This document shows, in pieces, positions 33,886 through 46,800 of a DNA stretch of 64,000 nt (the first letter of the stretch is position 1; each line of letters starts with the position of its first letter). A program made the translations under genes and the position numbers. Below the pieces are notes generated by a model that was not told the origin of the DNA, did no database searches, and worked only from the letters and a program-made list of their open reading frames with translations. This DNA comes from Rebecca billardiae RCC1528 (Eukaryota; Protista; Haptophyta). The stretch covers positions 372,001-436,000 of the forward strand of contig OZ251244.1 in NCBI GenBank assembly GCA_965240325.2, read 5' to 3'.

Positions 33886-35061
33886 CGCTGGTGACGTACG
33901 GTCTAATGCAGGACGCAGGAGTGACCCGGACCGCAGATTGGCCCGCCTTAGTTGCCCCTTAAACTTTAAAGGCCCCTACTTAGGCTTATTAGTAACGCGG
34001 CGCCGCCGCAATAATAAATACAATATGTATACTAGTTATTAATCAAGAATTACCCGACTCCCTGGAGGGCGAGGGCGGCTTAATATAGACTATATAGTTA
34101 ATAATATATATATAGTTAATATATATATTAACTATAGTCAATCCGATCTAGCGAAGCTGAACGGCGCGGCTCGTATTGGGTTTTCGACGGAATCTTACCT
34201 GTAAAGAGTGTTTCCAATAGTGTCCGCCACGCCGCCAATAGTGTCCGCCACGCCGCCGCCGTGAAGAAGGTAAGCGGCGCTTACCTTCTTCACGGCGGCG
34301 GCGTGGCGGACACTATTGGAAACACTCTTTACAGGTAAGATTCCGTCGGAAACCCAATACGAGCCGCGCCGTTCTCCTTATACCTTCTTCACGGCGGCGG
34401 CGTGGCGGACACTATTGGAAACACGCTTCACAGGTAAGATTCCGTCGGAAACCCATACCAGCCGCGCCGTTTGCGGCCTACCGGAAAGTATTCACAGCCG
34501 CTCAGAAGTCCTAGTCTCAAAAATGACCCGAAGCCCCAGAAGGCGCCGCGTGAATAGTGCAATGCGACCAGGTGGGTACAGCTCTTCTTAAGGGAAACGG
34601 TTCGGTGCTCGCCGTCTCGCCTTAAGTCGAAATGTCCGAATCCCGGTGGCTGAAAATCCACCAGGTACCCGACTCCCTGGAGGGCGAGGGCGGCTTAATA
34701 TAGTTAATATATATAGTTAATATATATATTAACTATAGTCAATCCGATCTAGCGAGACACGTACAACCTCGACTACCAGTACCCGCTCTCGCCGTACCAC
34801 GCGTTCCTCATCGCCGTCTCGGTCGCGGATTGGTGACGCTGGTGACGCACGGTCTAATGCAGGACGCAGGAGTGACCCGGACCGCAGATTGGCCCGCCTT
34901 AGTTGCCCCTTAAACTTTAAAGGCCCCTACTTAGGCTTATTAGTAACGCGGCCGCCGCAATAATAAATACAATATGTATACTAGTTATTAATCAAGAATT
35001 ACCCGACTCCCTGGAGGGCGAGGGCGGCTTAATATAGACTATAGTTAATAATAATATATAT

Positions 35062-38000
35062 TATTGGGATTACCGCAAGCTCCGAGCGTCTCGAGCCCTG
35101 CTAAAAGCTCACCGCGCACGACAGGACGGACGCCACCGCGAGGATCACATGCCTCGCGATCTCATCAGCTCTCAAGCCTCTGAACCTGGCCCTTATTTCC
35201 GGCGCTCTTGCGCCGGGCCAAAACAGCGATCGAGCTCCGATCGCTCCTGGGCTCGGGGCGGTAGTATCATCGCCGTGCCGACTTACCCAGATTTTGCCGC
35301 GATCAGCCAATCGGCGATCGCACCGTCCGTCCTGTTGCCGCTCAACTTTGTACCACTGCTTCTCGTCCATGTCCGGTGCTGCTCACCTGCTTTCCTTGGA
35401 CAAATCCAGTGTACCAGCATGACGCCCGCGCTGCTCCGCGCTGCTCCGCGCTGCTCCGCGCTGCTCCGCGCTGCTCCGCGCTGCTCCGCGCGCTCCGCGC
35501 TGCTCCGCGCTGCTCCGCGCTGCTCCGCGCTGCTCCGCGCTGCTCCGCGCTGCTCCGCGCTGCTCCGCGCTGCTCCGCGCTGCTCCGCGCTGCTCCGCGC
35601 TGCTCCGCGCTGCTCCGCGCGCCCCGCGCTGCTCCGCGCTCCCGCGCCGCTGCGCCCGCGCTGCTCCGCGCTCGCGCGTCTGCTGCCGCGCGCGTCCTGG
35701 ACGCGCGCGCTGCCAGCCACTGCTCCGCAGCAGCTGCTGCCGCCGGCCCGCCTGATGCGGCGCCAGCCCTGACACCCCAGCGGCAACGCCATCTGCTGAG
35801 ATGCGTGCCCCAGACTGTGCCAGTTCATCCGCACTGCTGCTCTGCAGCAGCTGCGCCGCCGGTCTGCCTGCTGCAGCACCGGCCCTGACTCACCGCCGGC
35901 GACGCCATCTGCTGAGATGCGCGCCCCTGGCCTCGTCAGCTCAACACCCCCCCTCGACAGCCATAGCCGCGAGCGAGTAGCACCGCTCATCGCGCGCGCG
36001 TCGGGTGTCGCACACCATGATGGCGTCGACGTGCCACTCAAACGTAGCAGCGTCGTCCGTCGCCTTCGTCATGATGTCGGCGTGGTACATTGACCTCACG
36101 CCACGTACTCCGCCTCCGTCGAGCTCAGCTGGGCCATAACCTGCAGCCCGCTGCTGTGCCACGACACCGGCGATCCATTGTAGAAGACAATGATGCAGCC
36201 ACCCGTCGACCTCCACCCGGATTCCCCTGGGTTGTTAGACCAAACAGAGTCACCCAAAGTGAGCAAGTCGTCGAGCTCGTCAATCTCCGCGCGCTGGACC
36301 AACGCCTTGTCCGCGTCGGTCAGCCTCGCGCGCGCCGCTGCCTCTGGCAGCCGTATCCGCGTGCTCGCGTTCGTGCCGAATCGCTCGAGCCCGCCATCGA
36401 TCGCCTCTGCGACCCGCGGCAACCCGCCCGCATCTGCGCGGCGGTCCCGCGCCAAAGTTGCGCCGGTGGTATCTCATACCACCAGTGCGACTGCGCCCAT
36501 GGCGCGCCCGCACCGCCCCGATCGCCGGCCTGCGGCATCGGCGGCTGTGCGCCCGTGCGCCCGCGCTGCTGCGCCCGCGCTGACCCGCGCCCGCGCTGCT
36601 GCGCCCGCGCACCTGTGCTACGCGGCGACCCGCCAGCATCTGCTGCGGCCCCGCGCCGGGATTCCGTCGGCGGGATCCGACCCTGCCGACCCAGGCTGTG
36701 TCGCTGACGCGCCTGCTCCGCCACGCCCGCCCTGCGGCGTCGGCGTCGACGGCTGTGCGCACGCGCTGCTGCGCCCGCGCGCTGTTCCGCGCCTGCGCTG
36801 CCGCGCCCGTGCGCTGTTCCGCACCTGCGCTGCCGCGCCTGCGCGCTCCGCGCCCGCGCTGCTGCGCTCGCGCGCTGTTCCGCGCCCGCGCTGCTGCGCC
36901 CGCGCGCTGTTCCGCGCCCGCGCTGCCGCGCCCGCGCGCTGTTCCGCGTCCGCGCTGCCGCGCTCGCGCGCCGACGCCGACGCATCTGCGTCGCCGTCGT
37001 TCCTGACGTCGAACTCCGTCGCGTCGTCGTCACCGGCGTCGGCCGGCGGCTCGCCGCCGTCGCCGTCATCGTCCTGCGCCGCGCGGCGGCCCGCCAGCAT
37101 CTGCTGCGGCCCCGCGCCGTGATTCCGCCGGCGGTATCTGACCCTGCCGACCCGGCTGCGTCATCGACGCGCCTGTCCCGCCACGCCCGCCCTGCGGCGT
37201 CGGCGTCGACGGCTGTGCGCCCGCGCTGCTGCACCCGCGCTGTCCCGCGTCCACGCTGCTGCGCCCGCGCCCCGACGTTGACGCATCTGCGTCGTCGTCG
37301 TACCCGACGTCGAACTCTGTCGCGTCGTCATTCCCGGCGTCGGCTGGCTGCTCGCCGCAGTCGCCGTCATCCGCGCCCGCGCTGCTGCACCCGCGCTGTC
37401 CCGCGTCCACGCTGCTGCGCCCGCGCCCCGACGTTGACGCATCTGCGTCGTCGTCGTACCCGACGTCGAACTCTGTCGCGTCGTCATTCCCGGCGTCGGC
37501 TGGCTGCTCGCCGCCGTCGCCGTCCTCGTCCTCACCGTCGGCGTCACCGCCGACTGGACGATGTCCGCCGCTTACCGCGGCGCCGTCACCATCACCCACG
37601 TACGCGCCACCGTCAGGTGCGCCCAGCGACGAGTGCCCCCCCTCGACCAGGTCGGTCTCGTCGATGCGTACGTCACGCAAGTGAAGAGACGTCCGTCGTC
37701 TACACGACATACGTACCAGAGTACGTTGAAGCCACGGAGCTGCTCCGCGCGCGGCGCGCGCTGATCGCCGCCGCCGCTGCCTCCTCCGCCCTCGCAGCCA
37801 GTCGGTATCTCTCCGCCGTCTTGGCCGCCGCCACGATCCCCGCCGTCGCCACCGCCGCCTGAGCCAGGCGATGAGCTTCGTGCGTGGACGTGTGGGTGCC
37901 GCCGCCACCACCGGGCGTACGACCACCTGGTTCGGTGCGCCCAGCGCCGCCGAGCCACTGCCGCGCGCTGCTGCGCGCACACACGCCGCACCGGCGTCCT

Positions 38001-39949
38001 GCGCCGTGCGTGTGCTTCCGACGCCTCAGCGTCGGGTCCCCACCTGCCGCCGAATGATCTCGGCCCGCAGCATGGAATCGAGCTGAACCTCCCGGCGTGG
38101 GCCGAGTGCCATGCACTGCCCCGCCGTCACCCCGCACTCGCGCCTTGCGCGCGCGCGGATACCGCGACTCAAAGATCGCGCCAGCGCCGCCGTCTCGGCG
38201 GCACTGCCAGCTGCGCCTCGCGTCAGCTGCAGACGTAGTCTCGGCACCGCTGCGCCGCCCCGTCATGATCCCGCGCTCGCGCCTCGCGCGCGCGCGATTC
38301 CCGCGACTCAACAGTCGCGCCAGCGCCGCCATCTCGGTGGCACTGCCAGCTGCGCCTCGCGTCAGCTGCCGGCGTAGGACCAGTGCCAAGCACTGCCCGC
38401 CGCCGTAACGGCGCTCGTGTCGCCAGATTCCACCCGGACGATTCCGATAGATCCGGGTGTGCCAACCGCCGGACCTGTGTCCAGTCCGGTCGTGCCAGCC
38501 GTGCCAGCCGGACCGCAAAACCCAGTCCAGCTGCCAGCCGCCATCCGGTGCCCTAGACCACCGGACAGGTTGATGAGCCAGCCCCTCCGAGTAGATCGCC
38601 GAGCCCGCCGTCGCCGCCGTCAGCTGCCGTGCAGCCACCCGGCGCTCGGGGTGCGTGCTCGCGCCGATCGTGCCAGTAGCGCTGCTCAGTCATCCGCCGC
38701 TGCACGCAGTAGTTCTCCTGCACCAGCTGCATCCGCTCAGATCCAATCGTGAGCTTCCGGGAGGCTGTCGTGTCGGGCTCATCACCGACAGGTACTGTTC
38801 CTCCCAATCGACGCGAAGTTCCGCGTCCGGGCCATGCGCGGAGATGATGCCGATGATCCCTGGCATCGTAGCGCCATGCCCCATCGAGAGCGTCGCCAGT
38901 TTGCCCGCGCTCTCGGCCAGGAACCTCTGCTGCATTCCATGCGACGCCAGAGTTCCTCGTTCCGCCCATCCTGCAACCGCGGCCGCTCGTGCCCATCAGC
39001 CCAATCGATGAGAAAGGACAGTGCGGACAACTCCCTCCCTGGGGTTGCTGCGCGCATATTGGGATTACCGCAAGCTCCGAGCGTCTCGAGCCCTGCTAAA
39101 AGCTCACCGCGCACGACAGGACGGACGCCACCGCGAGGATCACATGCCTCGCGATCTCATCAGCTCTCAAGCCTCTGAACCTGGCCCTTATTTCCGGCGC
39201 TCTTGCGCCGGGCCAAAACAGCGATCGAGCTCCGATCGCTCCTGGGCTCGGGGCGGTAGTATCATCGCCGTGCCGACTTACCCAGATTTTGCCGCGATCA
39301 GCCAATCGGCGATCGCACCGTCCGTCCTGTTGCCGCTCAACTTTGTACCACTGCTTCTCGTCCATGTCCGGTGCTGCTCACCTGCTTTCCTTGGACAAAT
39401 CCAGTGTACCAGCATGACGCCCGCGCTGCTCCGCGCTGCTCCGCGCTGCTCCGCGCTGCTCCGCGCTGCTCCGCGCTGCTCCGCGCGCTCCGCGCTGCTC
39501 CGCGCTGCTCCGCGCTGCTCCGCGCTGCTCCGCGCTGCTCCGCGCTGCTCCGCGCTGCTCCGCGCTGCTCCGCGCTGCTCCGCGCTGCTCCGCGCTGGCG
39601 CGCTGCTCCGCGCTGCTCCGCGCGCCCCGCGCTGCTCCGCGCTCCCGCGCCGCTGCGCCCGCGCTGCTCCGCGCTCGCGCGTCTGCTGCCGCGCGCGTCC
39701 TGGACGCGCGCGCTGCCAGCCACTGCTCCGCAGCAGCTGCTGCCGCCGGCCCGCCTGATGCGGCGCCAGCCCTGACACCCCAGCGGCAACGCCATCTGCT
39801 GAGATGCGTGCCCCAGACTGTGCCAGTTCATCCGCACTGCTGCTCTGCAGCAGCTGCGCCGCCGGTCTGCCTGCTGCAGCACCGGCCCTGACTCACCGCC
39901 GGCGACGCCATCTGCTGAGATGCGCGCCCCTGGCCTCGTCAGCTCAACA
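35062..39949 (-). mobile_element. Internally deleted, non-autonomous Ty1/copia LTR retrotransposon
   Basis: Near-identical LTRs at 35062-35946 and 39057-39949 (TGTTG...CAATA on minus). Polypurine tract GAGGGGGGG abuts the 3' LTR. 5-bp TSD TATAT. RNase H remnants RSTGG...PVSW...LSSTEAEYVA and ADIMTKA, plus an RDVRIDE remnant. Confidence 0.9.
35426..35640. repeat. (CTGCTCCGCG)n 10-bp minisatellite within the LTR (second copy at about 39421-39645)
   Basis: Directly visible. Confidence 0.95.
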
Positions 39950-42082
39950 TATATATAGTTAATATATATATTAACTATAGTCAATCCGATCTAGCGAAGC
40001 TGAACGGCGCGGCTCGTAGTCGTATTGGGTTTTCGACGGAATCTTACCTGTAAAGAGTGTTTCCAATAGTGTCCGCCACGCCGCCAACAGTGTCCGCCAC
40101 GCCGCCGCCGTGAAGAAGGTAAGCGGAGCTTACCTTCTTCACGGCGGCGGCGTGGCGGACACTATTGGAAACACTCTTTACAGGTAAGATTCCGTCGGAA
40201 ACCCAATACGAGCCGCGCCGTTCTCCTTATACCTTCTTCACGGCGGCGGCGTGGCGGACACTATTGGAAACACGCTTCACAGGTAAGATTCCGTCGGAAA
40301 CCCATACCAGCCGCGCCGTTTACGGCCTACCGGAAAGTATTCACAGCCGCTCAGAAGTCCTAGTCTCAAAAATGACCCGAAGCCCCAGAAGGCGCCGCGT
40401 GAATAGTGCAATGCGACCAGGTGGGTACAGCTCTTCTTAAGGGAAACGGTTCGGTGCTCGCCGTCTCGCCTTAAGTCGAAATGTCCGAATCCCGGTGGCT
40501 GAAAATCCACCAGGTACCCGACTCCCTGGAGGGCGAGGGCGGCTTAATATAGTTAATATATATATAGTTAATATATATATTAACTATAGTCAATCCGATC
40601 TAGCGAGACACGTACAACCTCGACTACCAGTACCCGCTCTCGCCGTACCACGCGTTCCTCATCGCCGTCTCGGTCGCGGATTGGTGACGCTGGTGACGCA
40701 CGGTCTAATGCAGGACGCAGGAGTGACCCGGACCGCAGATTGGCCCGCCTTAGTTGCCCCTTAAACTTTAAAGGCCCCTACTTAGGCTTATTAGTAACGC
40801 GGCCGCCGCAATAATAAATACAATATGTATACTAGTTATTAATCAAGAATTACCCGACTCCCTGGAGGGCGAGGGCGGCTTAATATAGACTATAGTTAAT
40901 AATAATATATATATAGTTAATATATATATTAACTATAGTCAATCCGATCTAGCGAAGCTGAACGGCGCGGCTCGTAGTCGTATTGGGTTTTCGACGGAAT
41001 CTTACCTGTAAAGAGTGTTTCCAATAGTGTCCGCCACGCCGCCAACAGTGTCCGCCACGCCGCCGCCGTGAAGAAGGTAAGCGGAGCTTACCTTCTTCAC
41101 GGCGGCGGCGTGGCGGACACTATTGGAAACACTCTTTACAGGTAAGATTCCGTCGGAAACCCAATACGAGCCGCGCCGTTCTCCTTATACCTTCTTCACG
41201 GCGGCGGCGTGGCGGACACTATTGGAAACACGCTTCACAGGTAAGATTCCGTCGGAAACCCATACCAGCCGCGCCGTTTGCGGCCTACCGGAAAGTATTC
41301 ACAGCCGCTCAGAAGTCCTAGTCTCAAAAATGACCCGAAGCCCCAGAAGGCGCCGCGTGAATAGTGCAATGCGACCAGGTGGGTACAGCTCTTCTTAAGG
41401 GAAACGGTTCGGTGCTCGCCGTCTCGCCTTAAGTCGAAATGTCCGAATCCCGGTGGCTGAAAATCCACCAGGTACCCGACTCCCTGGAGGGCGAGGGCGG
41501 CTTAATATAGTTAATATATATATATATATATATAGTTAATATATATATTAACTATAGTCAATCCGATCTAGCGAGACACGTACAACCTCGACTACCAGTA
41601 CCCGCTCTCGCCGTACCACGCGTTCCTCATCGCCGTCTCGGTCGCGGATTGGTGACGCTGGTGACGTACGGTCTAATGCAGGACGCAGGAGTGACCCGCG
41701 GACCGCAGATTGGCCCGCCTTAGTTGCCCCTTAAACTTTAAAGGCCCCTACTTAGGCTTATTAGTAACGCGGCCGCCGCAATAATAAATACAATATGTAT
41801 ACTAGTTATTTCAAGAATGACCCGACTCCCTGGAGGGCGAGGGCGGCTTAATATATACTATATATATAGTTAATAATATATATAGTTAATATATATATAT
41901 TAACTATAGTCAATCCGATCTAGCGTGACTCTGAAGCCGCCGCATCACACTCACTGTCACACTGCATAACTCCGGGGCCACCGTCGGCTGCCAGCCTGAC
42001 TGAGCGGCCTGCGAGCCCGGTGCCAGCAAGGGTCACGCCGTCCGCGGAATTCAGCACTCGGGCTCGCTGTGCGTCTGGGATG

Positions 42083-42544
42083 TCACGCGTTGCTTGGTGC
42101 TCGCTCATCGCCAGTGCCAGACTTCGCAACCGATCCTGCCCGCGAGCTCCCACGAGACCTCGCACTCGCGGCCCCACTCTTGCCTTTCATCGCATCCCGC
42201 TGGCGCTTGATGTCCTCGCGTGCTGCGCGCTCGGCCTCGATGCTTGCTCGGAGCTGCTTCTCGTAATCTTTCAGCAACTGCACCTCGGGCTTCGCTTTAT
42301 CAGCTGACTGCTTCTGCATCACAATCGGCGCGTCGTCACGCAGCAGGTTCGCCGTGGGCTGCCCGTACAGGCCGACGTCGATCGTCGGCCGCCTCGGGTT
42401 GAGGTACGTCCCGCCCGCCTTCCACGCCTCGTGCGCCACGTCCTCGCGCACCATCATCTCCTTGAGGAAGGAGGAGTTGCGGTTGTTGTACGGGATGTGC
42501 GCGACGCCCGGGTAGTACCGGTTGACGTGCTCCTGCGGGTCCAT
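42083..42544 (-). CDS. Hypothetical protein (153 aa) with C-terminal coiled coil
   Basis: ATG-initiated ORF with strong GC3 codon bias and non-repetitive composition (MDPQEHVNRYYPG...). Confidence 0.65.
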   Translation of the reverse strand: MDPQEHVNRYYPGVAHIPYNNRNSSFLKEMMVREDVAHEAWKAGGTYLNPRRPTIDVGLYGQPTANLLRDDAPIVMQKQSADKAKPEVQLLKDYEKQLRASIEAERAAREDIKRQRDAMKGKSGAASARSRGSSRAGSVAKSGTGDERAPSNA

Positions 42545-43819
42545 TGGCCCGTCACGCGGTGCGTCGAGCGCCGCTAACTGGCCGCGCCCGAGGGCGATGG
42601 GGTGAACCTGGCTGTCGAAACGACAGCCGGACCCGAAGAAACCGTCAGAAAGAAAAGAAATCGTCGCCCGCCGGCCGCCGCGTCTCCGCGAAAATGGAAA
42701 AATCATCGGGAGCGTTCTTTATTTAGCACCAACAGTCCAACTCCGCCAAGGCGCCAACAGCTCGACGGGTGAGGGGGCACATGCACGACGCTACCCTAGC
42801 CTTTCGTTCGATCTGGACAGTAGCTGACCCGTGATAGACGACTGCAAGCCCACGAAGGCAGCAGTCGTGTGATTGTGGAACATGTTCACTGCGAGTGCGA
42901 CGCGGCGCGAGTCGGTCCGATTGCATCGGATCGACAACTGAATCCGGCGGCGCGGGCAGTGTCACTCCGCCGAGGCGTTCCACACGGCTAATACGGCCTG
43001 AGAACGCGACGTGCGCCCAGATAAGGAAGTCTGACGAGCAGAGCCAGTCCATTCGGTCGCGTCCGTGCCAGACTATAAGCTGAGTGAGGAGCACGATAAA
43101 ACGGGCCAACTACTACAGTCGAGGAGCTCCGCCCCGGGTCGCCGGCAAGTTGACCGCAGCGTAAGAGTAGGCCTATCTGACTGCCTGCGCGGAGAAATGG
43201 GGGCCTTCGCCGGCTCACACTTGACGCTCATCTCCGCAGTCCGCACCTGGCCTAGTCCGCAAGGCAAGCTTTATTCTCTACGCCCGCCCGAGTGCCCGAG
43301 CCGCCGTTGTTGCCAGATGGACACTGACAACAAATCGGCACCAACGGTGCGGACGTTCCGCCCTGACGAGTGCCAACTGCCAACAAGAGCGGTCACCACC
43401 CGCGTGCAATCGCCGATGCGCAGCACCATGGAGCGGGTCACGCATCCAAGTGCGCGACGAGCCCACGTCGGCGCGGTGGTCACGGGCGGATACAGGTCGT
43501 CGTCGTAAATATGACTGATACTAATACTACGACAATATTTTGAAGACGTCTCGAATGATCCAAACACCGCTTGTAGAGCGATCTGGGCCCAGATTGCTCT
43601 GCAATTGCACCGCATCGCGTACCATCCCCAGCAAAGGAGTACCGGCTTATGCGTGTAAAATGCGATCGAGATTCGATATCGAAAGAGCTTCCATTATTGA
43701 ACGGGCGCGCAACTTGACGACGCGATCTATCAAAAGTGCGCGAAACTTTTACGATAGCTAGTATGCTGGTATCGTCGTTCGGACGTGAGCAGATCCTCGG
43801 TCGCTTCGAGGGTGGGGCG

Positions 43820-46800
43820 ATGACCTCACCAACGCCTGCTGCGCGCGCGGCGGGCGCTAAACGCAGCGCCGTGCAGCCCGAGCCTGCCGACGACTTGGAG
43901 GCGTCTACGGCCGATGACATTCGCACAGCCACTATCACCGCCTGGGGCGCCATCGCGCCGGCGCGCCTCGAGGCGGCGTATTGCGCGCGCGCGTCGCGGC
44001 CGCAGCTGCACGCCGGACTGCAGCAGCTTGCGGCCGCGCTCTCGGCGGCTTTCCTCGTGCTCGTGGCGTTCGCCGCGGCGGAGCTGCGTACGTCGGGCGT
44101 GCTTCCTCTGGCCGCCTCGCTCTTCCTGCTCTGCGTCGCCGCAGCGAGTTGGGTGTACGCCATCGTCGCGCAGCGCGTCGGCACACTCCCTCTCGCCGCG
44201 AGCGAAGCGTGCGTGTCGATGCTCGTGGTGAGCGTGGTGTGCGCGCTGTTCGCGCTGGAGTACGCGTGGCAGTCGGCGACCCTCGCACACCCGCCCGCCG
44301 CCGCGCCCGGCGCCACGCTCCAGCCCTCCGCCAAGGCGCTCTGCATCGGTCTGCTGTTTCTGCTGCTGCCCTGTGCGACGCGCGTGCGGCCGGCGCTGTG
44401 CGCGGCGGCCGGGGGCGGGGCCGTGCTGCTGGGGACGGTGGCGCGGCTCGTGCTCTCGCCCGCCGAGCTGATCCCCGGGCGTGGCGCCGAGGTCGCGCTG
44501 CACGCCATCATCGTCGCCGCGGCCGTGCACGCGTGCGTGCGCGCGGCCGCGAACGACCGCGAGCGCTGGCTGCTGCACGCGCAGCTGGCGGAGTCGGAGC
44601 GCCGGCTCAGCGCGGGCTCGCCGGCGGGGTCGCCGACGACGACGGTCGCGCGTGCCTCTGGTGGCGCGCCCGCCGTCGACGCCACGCGCCCCGCCGCGCA
44701 CGCGCGTGACACGCAGCGCGCGCGGCACGAGGCGGTGCTCCGCGTCGCCGTGCACGACCTGCGCGACCCACTGCTGTCCTCGGCCGCGCTCGTCGCCTCG
44801 CTGCGCGCGCTGCCGTCGAGCACGGCGCTGAGCCACCCGACGGTGGACCTCTCGCTCGACGCGATCGCATGTGCGCGCGCGCGCGCGCGGACACCGCGCC
44901 CGGCGCGCGGGCAGCGCAGTGGCGCGAGCGCGCCCGGTGCGCTGACTCGCCCCTCCCTGGCCCGGCATGCCGCCGGCCGCGGCGGCGCGCGCACCGTGCC
45001 GCGGCGCGCGCAGCGTGCATGCATCTCGTGGAGGGTGCGGTGAGCGACCTGCTCGACGCGGAGCGCGTGGGGCAGCACGGCGTCAAGCTCGAGCTCGACA
45101 CCGCCCTCCGCTTCCCGCACCTCCTCGACCTGATCGAGACGGCCTTCTCAGCGGCCGCGCAGCTGCGGCGCGTCGAGCTGGCCATCACGCCGCCGAGTGC
45201 GGAGCTGGCCGGGAGGGTGTTCGAGGCGGACTACGCGCAGCTGCAGCAGAGCGTCGCGGCGTGCGTCGCCACGGCGGTGCGTGCGCGTCGCCCCAGCCGA
45301 CCAGCACGCGCGCGCGCCGTGCGCCCGCCCGTCGCGTGCACCCGAGCGCGCGCCGCGCGCGGCCACTCGCCGTCAGGCACGCCACTGCTCAGCGTGCACA
45401 GCACTCTCACACACTCGGCGCCGCCGTGCCTCTGCGCCGCCGCCGCCGCCGCCGCCGCGCGCAGGTGGAGCTCGCGGACGTGGGCGCCTGTGTGAGCGTG
45501 AGCGCCGTGCTCGTCGACGACACGCCCGCGGCGGCCGCCGACGCCCTCGGCGGCAGCAGCAGCCGCGCAGACGGTCAGGCTTCCGAAAACGGGCCGGGCG
45601 CGGCGGAGGGCGAGGCTGCGGCGGACGGCGCGGCGGACGGCGCGCGCTCGGCGCCGGGCGGCGCGCAGGCCGTGCTGCTACGGGTGCAGACGGAGTCGTC
45701 GGCAGTTGGCGTGGAGGACGAAGTGAGCCTGAACACGTCGGAACCGTCTAGCTCCGGCGCGCAGCGCATCTCCGCGCTGCGCGCCGCCTCGCTCCGCCTG
45801 CCCGCCGCGCGCGCCGTGCTCGCAGCCCACAACGGCTCCACGGTGCGAGCGCGCATCACGCTCAAGCCACCGGCCGCCAACGCGCGCGCGGCGGCGGCGG
45901 CGGCGATGTTCGACCAGCAGATGCTGAGCGGCGGTGGAGCGGAAGGCGGGGCCCCCGTCCGTGCGTCGCTGGAGCTGTGGCTGCGGCTCGCCCCCGCCAA
46001 GGATCAGGGCACCGAGCGGCGCGCGCCACCGCCGCAGGAGCTGAGTCTGCTGCGCAGGGGCGTCAGCAGAATGGTCACCCCGCCGCCGCCACCGAGTCAC
46101 ATCGAGCCAGCAGGGGCAGCGGACGCGCGGCCGAGCGCGGCGGGTGGCACGTGCCGCGGCGGCGGCTTGCGCGCGTCGTCGGGCGGGACAGAGGAGGGGC
46201 TGCTCACCCGCGCCACCTCCGCGCCCGCGATGCCCCACCGCGCCGCCCTCCTCGGCCTCGACCCAAAGGTGGCGGGCGCGGTCGAGGCGCGCGCGCGCGG
46301 CCGGCTCGCGTCTGCGCTGCGCGCGCTGTCCGCGTCCAACACGGAGCGGCTGCAGGCGAGCGCGGCGCTCGAGCGCGCACGCGCGGACGCCGCCGTGCCC
46401 GCCGACACGCCCCCGGGCACGCCGCCGCGCGCCGCCTTCGCCTGCCTCCACGCCGAGGACGACGCCCTGCTCCGGCTGGCGCTGCCGGGGCAAACGTTTG
46501 AACGCGTGGGCGGCGCGAGTTACGAGCAGGTGGTCGACGGGAAGCAAGCCCTGCTCAGGCTGCTCGGGCGCGAGGGCGAGGGGAGGCCCGCGTTCGCGCT
46601 GGCGGTGCTCGACCAGCACATGCCCGTGATGGACGGCGCGACCTGCGCCGCCGAGATGCGCGCCCTCGGCTTCGCCGGCATGATCATCGGCATGTCAAGC
46701 GAGCCGCCAGGCTCGGCCTCGCGCCGCGCGTTTGAAAAGTCCGGGCTGGACGAGTGCGTGGACAAGGACTGGGTCGGGCTGCTCCGGCTGCTCGACGTGC

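Larger units (their letters stand above)
33804..41925 (+). repeat. Tandem amplification (period about 950-970 bp) of tubby 3' end (T), AT-palindrome spacer (P) and hairpin segment (E), in the order T-P-E-P-T-P-E-P-T-P-E-P-T-P
   Basis: T starts at 33804, 34755, 40606 and 41574. E lies at 34154-34665, 39997-40514 and 40955-41472. There are seven P copies, the third split by the LTR element. Confidence 0.92.

Noticed and set aside
34051-34153. P as a canonical Helitron 3' end (palindrome, then about 10 nt, then CTAG)
   Set aside because: The spacing fits, but the hairpin is AT-rich, the conserved sequence continues as CTAGCG rather than CTAG|T, and no 5' TC end or RepHel gene is visible. It is not called as a feature.
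34316-34661. Repeated 91-aa and 77-aa ORFs in segment E
   Set aside because: They have non-ATG starts and are built from hairpin arms, with no protein-like features.
35947-39056. Autonomous retrotransposon
   Set aside because: There is no continuous pol ORF and no recognisable YVDD RT or DDE integrase motifs, and the RNase H remnant has a stop and a deletion.
33804-41925. CRISPR-like array (P as repeat, T and E as spacers)
   Set aside because: The repeats are about 100 bp and the intervening segments are long and themselves repeated. There are no cas genes and the context is eukaryotic.
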